IMG/VR virus record: IMGVR_UViG_3300040816_000414
Span: 1-34,979 of that record
DNA: 34,979 nt
Source: a virus
Taxonomy: Duplodnaviria; Caudoviricetes
Reading direction: 5' to 3' (one strand)
Below the pieces are notes generated by a model. It worked only from the letters and a program-made list of their open reading frames with translations. It was not told the origin of the DNA and searched no databases. Numbering within the stretch: position 1 is the stretch's first letter; every line of letters begins with the position of its first letter. Shown here piece by piece: positions 1 to 12,000 of this stretch. Made by a program: the position numbers and the translations under genes.

Positions 1-3000
1 TAGGAACATAACTATATCCTGCCATAGCCGGAGTTCCGAACCCACCAAAGTTCATCTGGTAAGCATACTTGTGAGTTTGTGAGCCTCTGCTTCTACCAGA
101 GCCGCCACGGCCTCCGCCTCCAGCACCACCGACACTCATGTATCCGCCGCCACCGCCACCTTTCTTGGTAGTTTGAGGATTACCAGTTGGCTGGTATATT
201 GGTGATTGGTTTCCACCTGTTGGCGTTGCTACACCCGGTTGATATACAGTAACCTGTGTACATCCTGTACCAGGATTTGGGTTGTCTATTGGCGGTGCTA
301 CTTTTGGTAATTTTATTAGGAACCTATAAACACTACTTTGTTTTAAAACACGAACTTTTATGTATGCACCTTTATTACTATCATGATACCATGATAGTTT
401 ACCACCGTATCTAACACCTAGACCTTGTGAGTTTTTAGGTGAAATTATAAAGTCTTTAATTGTTTGCTGTGGACTATACTTATTAGTTTGCCCATTTGCA
501 GTTTTATACAAGTTTGATGCCTGTGCTAACAATTCTTGTTTTTCACCTGAACTTGCTTTTACTATTTTATCTGGTAGTGATGAATATACTAATGTATTTT
601 CTTGTCCTCTACTAGTACCTTGGAATATTTGATAACCATCAGCACCACTGAAGTTATCAAAAATCAAATCTACTTGACCGCTACCTGCTGGTGCAAAGAA
701 CCAATCATCATTTACACCTCTTGATCTAGTTGTTTGTTGACAAAATTCTAAATCTGGTTTACCATGTAAATTATTTGATGTAGTTGCATTTGAAGTTGTG
801 GGCTCGCCACCTACTGTAACTTGTCTATAAGGACCTTCTATTGTTAATGTATCTTTTCTAGCACTTATGTGAAATGCAATTGATCCCCAATGATTTCCGC
901 CACCTTTTCCAACAGCACTTATTGTAATTGTTTGACCAGCATCTGCTGTAAATTCGTATACAGCACCTGTAGAGTTGTATGTACCTCCTTTACCGACATA
1001 CTTACCCTTAGTTTGTACACCATTAATTTGAACATATGATGTGCCAAAGTCTCCTTTACCTGCCTGATAAGCATGTAAATAGAATGTTCCTGCTACACTA
1101 AATGTTAAACTAGCACTTACACTAGATCTACTTCCATTGTCGTACCAAGCAACTGCACCAAATAATCCTCTAGGTTGAATACCAAATTTGCCACTTGTTC
1201 CGCCTGATCTTGATGCCTGTCCTGATGATTTACCTGTGTTTACATAGTAACCTGAATATTGTGAACTGAACCATCTAGCACCTTTACCAACACCAGAAAC
1301 GTTACTAGCAGTTACAGTACCGCCATAATTTGTTCTTTCGTATTTTGTTGTAGGAACATTAATTGGCTTTTTAGGAACTGGCTGAGTTATACATGCTTCT
1401 GGTCCACATGTTTTTTTCTTAGCCTGTACTATTGCTTTACTAGGATCGATGATTGGCTTGCCTATGTGTGCTGTTCCTAATCCTGCAGGTTTTGTTACTG
1501 TATTTTTATCAATATTGTAAAGAGGTACTCTAAGAGGTTTTGCGTTATCACTTGTTAGGAATTCTACACCATTACCAGCCTGCCCAAAGTTTACTGATTG
1601 CAAACTGCCGGTTGGATCATATAAACTGCTACCTATAATTTTTGGTGTAAATGGTCCAGAATTTATTTTACTGTATGGGACTCTGGAAGGATTAAGATCG
1701 TAATCTGCATCGCCTATTGTAGCAGGGTTAATTTTTTGCCCTGTTATAAATCCATCTTTTGCAAATCCTCTAGGTAGTTCTACCATAGGATCAATTGGCA
1801 TAACACCTACCTGTGTTAAACCTGCAATACTTTTTAAGTCTGTTACATATGGCATGCCACCTGCTGTCATCAACGGGTCAACACCATTGTTTTTAAATGA
1901 TTTATCTATGCTAGTAAACATAGGAATACTCATTGAGAACTCACCATTTTCGTCGTCTATAAATCCTCTACGTAGATCTAATGCTCTATTAAAACTACTA
2001 ACTACTGCTCTTTCGTTGTTAATATTATCGACTACAATATCTGCATTATTCATTCTTACTTTATTATGATCTAATGTTGTTAATACAGCACCATTTGATT
2101 GTGTGTTAGCCACATCTGCATAACTAAAACCTTGAGTAATAATAATTGTATTTGAACTTGGTACATCGCTTACAGTAAATACTTGGTTATAATACCTAGG
2201 TTCAGCCATATGTACTGCAATTCTTTTACCTACATATTTTCCTGAAATGCCATGGTCATCAGTGGTTGTGATTTGTATACCTTGTGTAATAACATTTGAT
2301 ATTGAAGTATTTGCAGTTGCATTTGCATTATATGGAACATTTATAACAAAAGTATTTGCTGATACAGTTTCTGCATAATGGTAGCCTGAATATGAACCGC
2401 CTATTACTTTAACAAATTCACCTGAACTAATGTTGTGGTCTGTTGTAGTTGAAATTTGTGTTTTACCAAAATATGAAAAAGTTAAATTAGACGAATCTAC
2501 ATTTGCTGAAATGTTTGCGTCTTCAATTGTAAAACTTGTTAAGCCAACATTACTTACGGTATATGAATTAGCATGTAGATTACTCACATCTTGTAAATTA
2601 AACCCAGTTAATCCGATTGTATCTTTGTCAACAATTCCTAAGTTATCTGATTGATCTATCCAATCGTCACTTTCTATAATAATATAATTACTACTAGAAT
2701 TTACATTAGATACTTCCCAGGTACTATCATGAAACTCCACATTAGATGCAACTAGGCGTATAGTATCACCTTCCTCTATACCTGTTGTATTTACAGTAAT
2801 CTTTATTTGATTATTTACAATAGTTGATAATGTAACACTATTAGCAGTTGCTCCTAATAAAGGAAGAGAACCTGATGGTATAACAACATTTGAATCATTT
2901 ACATATGATAGTGTGCTATTAGCATCTGCAAGATATAAGGTTGCTTCTTCTGAGTGTAAGTCTATTGGTGCACCTACATCATTATTATAAGTACTAAAAT

Positions 3001-6000
3001 AAATTAAGTTATTTGCGTCTACTCCTGCAGGAGGACTAGGGAATGTTATTACATTAGAACTACTGCTAACACTTGTTGTAACATTTGCATGAATGTATTG
3101 TATATTAGATGTAGAATATAATGTGTCTGTTTGATCTACAGCATAAAATTCTACAGTATCACCGTTTTCTAAATTAAAAGTTTGTGAATTTATTTGTACA
3201 GTATTATTACCAATAAGTACAGCACTTGCATTTGTAAATCCACTATTTGCTGGAGTAAACGAACTTATACCATAAATCGAATTATTATAACTAGAATTTG
3301 CATTTGCACTAGTTATAGGACCTAAACTAGAAATGTTTGCTTCCAACATGTTTATGCCACCAAAGTCTGATATGCTTACATGTTTTCTGTCAACTATTTC
3401 TTCGTTTGTCCAAATTACAAATTGATCAACTAAGTCTGTATCTTTAAGTACTAAGTGGTAATCTAGATATCGACCATTATCATTTCCGCCGATTAAATTA
3501 GCATCTAAGTAATCAAATAAACTTTTACCTTTTGAATATAGATATGTTGTTACATCTCCGCCTGCTTGTTCTATAAAAGATAATGTAGCATTTGCTTTTG
3601 ATAATTTATAAATATTCCAGTCATCGTTTTCACTTTTAGCAACATGTATTAAATCGTTTGTTTCTGGTTTATAAATTACATCACTATCAAATAAATTTGA
3701 AATACTAGGAACATCAAATGCTTGAAAATCTACATTGTTAGAATTTATATATCCACTATTCGGAAGTGGATTAAATTTGCTATCTGTAATACCGTAACTT
3801 GTTACATTAGATGTATTTGCCCATAATTTGTAATCTCTAACTCCTAGAGGTTTTTTAAGAAATCTATCTGTGTCATCTATATCTATTAATATAACTTCAT
3901 CGTCACTTGCATCAGGCGTTATGTCGTAACTTCTTTGTAAGCCTAATTTTAAACTTAAATCGTCTTCTGTGTATGCAATAATTCTTAATGTATTTCCTGG
4001 AATATCGTTTGTAACAGTTGTAGTGTCTAAATCAATTGTTGCTTTTTCTACAATAGTTATTTCAGATGTTGTATCTAATATATTGTTTGGCAATTTAGAT
4101 ACATCTGGAAATGATATTGCACTGACATTTGGTACTTCGAACACTCTAACATCTACATTGTTTTCTAATTTAACATTGTCTACATAAACATCTATAAACT
4201 CGTATATGCCTTCTATATTTGCAATATTTTCTGAAACAAAAGTATTTGAACTATTTACAATTCCAGTATCTAAATCAAATGCAATACTGCCTGATGTTAG
4301 TTTACCACTAGTATTAGTAATAGACCATCTATCACCTGGGTCTAGTGTATACTTGGTAGAATCTATTGCTGTGCCTTCTATTGACACTTGCATTATATTT
4401 GCGTAATCTAAATTACTTAATGTTGTATCATTTATATTATTTGCAACAATAAAACCATATCTTCTTCTAGGTTGGTACCTGCCATTTGATAGTAATAATT
4501 TTCCTAAGGTTGTATTAGAATCATCATCTGCTAATGTAAAGTCGCTACCCGAAATAGACAATGTTGAAACTATTGATACATTAGACGGTTCGCCTGTATA
4601 CGCCTTAGTGTTAGCATTATACTGAACATTTGCTGATGGATTTAAGTTTATTGTACTTGTAATTTCGTTGGCTGATACAGACGCATTTATATTGCCGTTA
4701 GAATTAATTGCTGTTACTATATCACTTACTGATGAAATGCTATTTAGATTAAGTGTTGCGGCATCTCCACTTAAATTATCTGTAATTATTAAGTTGCCTA
4801 AACCTGACAAATTAGTTGTATTAGCACTTATTGTAGGATCAACACGAACAACTGCAACACCTACACTACTACCATATTGATTAAAAAATCCTTCTGTAAA
4901 ACTTACTGCTGAAGTATTAGCATTATAGTAGATGCTATCTATTGCACTATTGTCTGATGTAAATTGTACATTGGCTAATCGTAAACTGCTATTTGCTGAT
5001 ATACTTACTACTTGGGCAGAACTATTTGCATTGCTAGGTGTAGCCGTTGTTGTATCAACATATACACCTGCAGGCCATATGTAATCATATGTTATGTTTC
5101 CGTCTACAATTCCATATTCATTTATAGTAGTTATTGCACTCGAAGATGTAGCCGTATTACCTTTAAGTATTATAGATGTATTACTTGCCTCTAATTTTAC
5201 ACTAGGTGCAGTACTATATCCTGTGCCTTGGTTTGTTAAACTTATAGAACTTAACTTATTTTCACTATTTAATGTTACTGTTCCTAATGCTTGAGTTCCA
5301 CTGCTAGGAGCACCTATATTAATATTTGGTGTTTCGTAATAAACGGTAGTGTTTGATAGTACATCAATTCTATCTATAATTCCTGTAGTATCTTCTGGAA
5401 ATGATAATGTGATTAATTGTGGATCTTGTACTACGTCTTTTTTCTCTAATTTTAACTCTACTGTTTGATCGTTGTTTAAGTCTCCAAAATCACCTACCTT
5501 AATTGCCCACTCATCGTAAACTTGCATTTCACCTTGAACGATTGAACTACTTCTTCCTATTCTACTAAGACTTGTATTTGTACCTTTGTTTTGAATCATA
5601 CCTCTGTAGAATTCAAATTGTTGATCATCAGTAATATCTAATTCATTTAAGAAATCTCTTTCTTTGTATCCATATAAACTTCTTGCTGTTTCGTAAACTT
5701 GTTTTTCAACAGGAACAAAACCAACTTCATGGTATTTGCCCATTGTTTCTGCTAGGTTGTCTAAATTAGGTTTTAGTTCGTCACCGTCTATAATAAAACC
5801 TTCACTTAAGAATCTACCGTTCCAATTAGCAGTTTTAGTTGCCTTAATTTTTATTCTATTTTGTTTTTGGTTTACAAAAGGATCATAAATTGTATCAGCA
5901 AACACCGTTGTATTATCAAGTACCATAGCATGTTCTATTTCTGCGGTATATAATGTAATGCTGTAAATTTCATTATCGTCCGGTGGACTAACAGTTAATA

Positions 6001-9000
6001 CATTGTTTTCTCTAATTATATCGCATGCCTTTGGATCTATCGCAACACCTTGCCTATCCATAATACTAAATTGATTTCGATCTATTTTGTTTATTTGTGC
6101 TACAAAACCTAATGGTGCCTCAAACATTACTTTAGATGCTAATGGTGATAATTCTATGGTATTACCTATCTGCCAACTTCCTGTAGTCCAGAATAAAAAT
6201 TGTTTTGCTGAATAAACCCAGTTTCTTACATCACCTATATCGGCATCGTATTGGCCGAAGTCAAAACCTAAACTAGTTTGGTATCTACCTATGCCAGCAA
6301 GTATATCAAATATATCTTGGATATCTGTATATTCTGTTTCGTAATATGCTCTAGTAATAACACCTGTATCTCTTTGATAGTAAACACCTGTAGCGGCATT
6401 TTCTAAAGGTAAAGCACTTAGACTTGTCCAATATATTGGATTGAAATTTTCTGAACTTGGAACTGAGGATTTAGAAACATAATATGTGTCGTTGTATTCT
6501 ACATATACTTGTTCTTCATACGAAGTATTATCTGTGTAACTGATATAATCAACAGGTGTGCCACCTGCTGATACATTTTGTTTTTCATACCTAGTGTCGC
6601 CTGGCAAGTATTCAAAATACCCAGTTGTTTTATCGTACCCTCTAATTTTATATCCATTAGCAGATTTTTCTATTATTACACCACTATAAGCATTTCTTGT
6701 TTTAAACGGTGATTTATGAACATTTACAGTAATATTTTCTTCTGGTATAATTAAGTTTGTACTGCTACCAGTTGTACTGTATTGATCTAAACTTAAGATC
6801 ATCGTATCCTTGTCTACATACCCTGCAAGCCTATGTCCTAATTTTAAATTTATTGTTCTTAATTTATCTGCAAAATTGTTTACATCTAATCCTTGAAATT
6901 TAAGCCAACTATTAATAAATTGAGTGTACCCAATATTTGTAATCATCTCTCCATTTGCATTTATATCACCATGAATAGCAAAATCATTGGCATCTCTGAA
7001 ATCCCATTTTCTTCGTGTTACTGTACTTAAATATTGTTTTTTGTTTGCCGTAGGATTATAAAGTTTTATTGGATCACTAAACAATGTAGCAAATAATCCA
7101 GGTCTTGCTAATAACAATCCTTCTGTAACTGCAAATGGATATTCTTCTGAATATTTCCAAGCATTTTCAACTGATGCTCCGTCACCGATTCTCCATGTAT
7201 AGTTCCTAGCAGGAGTAAATGTTTTTGTAATTACTTTTGTACTTGATATAGCAACTTCACTTGTAGGAACTGTGTATCCTTGGTTATTTGAATTATTACT
7301 TACATCATATGCAATTTTAAAATATGTACTTGCAAATGAAAGATTCGATGATTCAAAAACTTCTGTGCCGCCTCCAACTGCGTATGGGAACATAGGTTCG
7401 CCGTCATCGTCTATTGTCACAACATAATAATCAATTTGCACATTCGGTGATTCTGGTGTTAAACCTGTTCTATGATTCCACTTATCAGCATAACCATTTG
7501 ATACATTTCCGCTACCTAATTCATAGTCTTCTACAAATACTCCAGTATGTTTTCCACCAGGGCCACTTGCTCTATTTGTAGATTTCAATACAAATGCACT
7601 TTTTATATTTGTAATTTCACTTGATGTATTTGAAGGATCAGTGTATCCATATGGGCCATAAATTGGCAAACCGTCAAATGCCCAGCCAACAATACCAGAG
7701 TGTGTTGTACTATTACCCCAAGCAGTTGCATTAGACATGTCTTCTGTGATAACATGCGATACTATAATACCGTCTGCATTTGTACTTGATATAATGCCTG
7801 CCGCTCTGTTTGATTTATTTTGATATCCTATATCATAATGCCATACATTTTCGTTATTGTATGACGTACTACTTTTTGGGTTGTATAACGGTAGACCGTT
7901 TGTAAGCACACCTATTGCATTACTTGGCAGTACGGTACTATTAGCCGCTATACCTGTTGTTAAATCTGCTCTTACTACGTTATATGTTAGTTCTTTTTCT
8001 GCTATTGGATATAAATCTGATGATGTATCAATTTTATTTGTAGCATAATTTGAGATATTATTACTAGTAATATATACATTATACGCATCAAAGTTTACAT
8101 TGCTACCATCTGTTTCTAAGAAACTAGTTGTTACATAACCTGCTGATGATACGTCCACAACATATCCTGACAAACCTGCTAGTGCCGGATTGTCTTGTGC
8201 TGGTGTGTTACCATCTTGGAATATGCTTCTAATTGTTGCAAGTGATGGTTTACTAATAACCGGAGCAATGTACGTGTTGTGGAAAGCATAACCTAATGGG
8301 TTATTTGCTTGAATGCCTGCTTGGGTACGCATATCATCTGACCACTCCGGAGCAAGACTTCCACCGTCCCATAATTGTGTGTATTCAAACATAGCAAAGT
8401 TTAGTAGGAACAAGTATTCTTTTGCGGCTACTTCAAATGCATCTGCATCTGTTTTCCAAGCATTTGATGGACTTTGATAACCTGATGGATCCCACTTGCC
8501 GGCATCGTATGCTTCTTCCATTGCGGCATACAAATCGCCTGACTGCCAGTCAGCGGCCAAGTAATTGTATAATTTAATATCGTCTGCAGGTAAACCGTGC
8601 ATATGAATTGTGTGGAAGACGTGTTCAATGACTTCTTGTGCATCTGCATCGCCATCGCCATATCCATCACCAGTTGAGTTCAAATACCAAACCATATCGT
8701 TTTGAACGGTATTATCAAACAAGTTTGTCAGATTCCAAAACGTAATGCCCGAGTCAGTTAAGAAATTTGTGCTGTAGTCTGAGCCGGCACCTCTGGCTAC
8801 TCGTTGTATAGTTGGCACTCCTGCGTGATAAGTTCCTGTGTCACCACTAAGTGTTTTAATTAAATTTCTTTGTAATGTTGAATTAATACCTGCGCCATCT
8901 GGATCTGTAAACAATTCAAACATACGTGCTACTTTTTCTACCCACGCATCCGGTACTGCTGTTTGGCCGCCGACACTGCCTGCCGCCATAACTCGTACAC

Positions 9001-12000
9001 CGTTAACAGTAACTTCACGTTTAAAGAAATTGCTACCATCGCCAGTAACATCGATAATTGCGCCATTGTTATATTCTGGATCTGTTGATGTATTTGCACT
9101 AGCATTGGTGTACGATACTGTTCTTGTTGTAGTTTGTGTCGACGTTATATCATACGGAGATCTTAATGCTCCGTTATCATCTATTGGATAATAATTTTTT
9201 AATCCTTTTCTTATGAAAGGGTTAAAGTTACTTTCTAAATATAACGAATTAGTAAAGTTTTCTCTAGTGCCACGTCTAATAATGCCATGTTCTAAGTCGT
9301 GCCATAGAGATGTATTTGATAGGCTATAATCAGCACCATACTGATTTATCCACCAACTTGGTATTTCTGTAAAACCTAACATTTCCCAAGGGTGTGTATG
9401 AGGCCTTACTGTATCGTAATAATATTCATACCAGCCTCTCCAGTGTCCTGGTAAGTCTGAGTCGCCTCTGTAATTCCATGTCCAAGAGTCATCAGCATCA
9501 TAAAATTCGTTAGTTACTGCATCAAGATTATTAGATGACACCCAATTTGCATAATTTAAATTTAATAAATCATTCCAGTCGTTTTGACTATAGAATGTAT
9601 TTCTAAATGCTCCTGGTTTTACTACTGCAACATTTAGATCTGCTAAACTATTATTTTCTCTAAATTCTGCTTTTGCAGAGTTATAAATTCTTTTTTCAAA
9701 TTCAAGTAAAATGTCATCTCGTCTATCATTATATAAAGATGTTTTACTTCCGTCATGTCCGACTAGTAAACTTTGTTCAGTTTGAAAACTGCTATCTACT
9801 TCTATGGTAGGAGTATATAATGGATATAATCCCATTGTGCTTGGTGTAGGTGGACATTGAGCACTATCTCTGTCTTGATTATATAATTTAGATATAATTG
9901 TGTTGCCTATGGCATAACCAGACGTTGCAGACAATGTTACAGTAATTGGATTAAAAGATGTAATTGTATAATCTGTATCTACTTCAAGCAATGTTCTGTT
10001 ATTGTTACTGTCAACTAAGTAAACTAATAAACTGTTTTCAATTTTATCTAGATCTGCATAGTTGGTTAGAGTATAAGAAACTTGATCTAGCGATGAAATA
10101 CTAAATTTTTCTTCTGTGTAATTATCTCCAAACGGTAAAATATATGTCTGGTTAAATACTTTTTTGCCTACACTATAACTGATTAAACTTCTTAATACCT
10201 TTTCTAGTATAAATTCGTTCGATAAATCTGTTACATCAGTTACATTAAAATAGTTAGTAAGTTCTTTTTTAAACCTACGTTTGTATCTTGTATATTCTCT
10301 ATTATTAAATCTTAATGCATCTACAAGATTATGTTCTTGATCGTCTAATAAAAATGCACCTAGTATAGTGTCTTGTGTTGCCTGTATAATCTGATCTGCT
10401 TTAGAAGGTTCTTTTTCTAAATTTGCAAAGTTATTTGAACTTAGTACATTGCCTGTAAAGTTTTTTTGATCTTGAATATATGATTTAAAATGTGGCAAAT
10501 ATTCAGGTTCTGCTATTGTAGTTACATCATTGTTGAAAGGATTACCTCTCCAACTTAATGGTAGTTCGTATTTAGAAATAGAGTCATTTGATAATAATCC
10601 ACTATCACTTAAGACACTTATATCAATCAAGTCGTTAACTGCAAAATTAAACGATGTAAATGTTATGTAACCTGTATCACTGTAAGTAAAATCTTCTCGT
10701 TTTTTGCCGTTAACTAATACTTCAATATCGTATCCCGAAGAATTGTCTGTATCTACGTTTGGAATACATCCTATGTAAAATTTAGTTTTGCTTTCATCTA
10801 TATCAAAAATTGATAATTCAAATTTTGTAATAATTCTTTGCTTGTTTTTATTAGAAGCATTTTTTAAATAAGTATGGTACTCTGGTGTAGATTTTAAAAG
10901 TTTGTAATAGTAATAACCATTTTGGCTTGTTTCTGTTGTAGAACCAATTGCTGTATAACTATATCTTACAGTATCTATAAAGTTTTCGTATTCTACTTCA
11001 CTAGAACTTTTAAAAGGTTTAAAACTTATAGGAAATCCATACTCTGCATCATTAGTACCTGTGCCTAATTTGTGTGCAAAAATTTTGCTACCAGTAAAAT
11101 TGTTTAAAGGATAAAGTGATTCATTACCTAAATATTTAAGATCATCGTTATACAGGTTAAATAGCGGAGCCTGATTTGCAGTAGATTTATTCTGTGCTTC
11201 TATAAGCCCAGTGGATGTAAGATAAAAATCTTTACCTTTATGTGCTGTCCCTGAAATAACCGTTACTGTTTCATTGCTGGCTAGTGTAAAGTTTGCAGAT
11301 GTAACAGGATCTGTTGCTACACTTAAATTTATTACATTTGCTGAAATGCTTACATTATAAACATGTTTTGCAATATCTACATTATCTTTTGGAAAAATAA
11401 TTGTTGTGCCGTTAGTAAGATTTACACCATCTATAGATTGTTCTTCTGGTGAGCCGTTTACATTTTCAAATTTTAAGTTACCTGCATTAATATCTACATT
11501 GCCTCTAGATGTTGTACCGTGATTAAACATCTCTAGATTCTTATCATATTCTAAAATAGGCCTTACTGCTCTAGCAGAACTTACAGGTGTATTAGTTATA
11601 TACAAACTTTCATGATACCAAAAGTTTACTCTACTCCAAATGTTCTCGTTTCCTGCACCTCTACCAATTGTATAATAATTTTTTGTAGTAAGATTGGGGT
11701 TAAATAAATTACCAAAGTTTAAGTTTTTCTTTACTAATTGAATACTGTCGCCTACGCCTTCAACTATATATTCTATATCTGCTTTATTTTGAGGTATAAC
11801 ATAGTCGCCGCTAAATTTAATTACTTGACCATTTACAAATTTTGTGCTACTATTAGGCTCAGTATAAGATGCTTTACCTAAGATATCATTATCAATATCT
11901 ATTGGATTACTAGCCGAGCCAGTAATGGTAATAATATCTGGCCCACCTTTATGTTCTATACTACCGCCACTTGTAAATGCACTATATCCTTGTGAATTTG

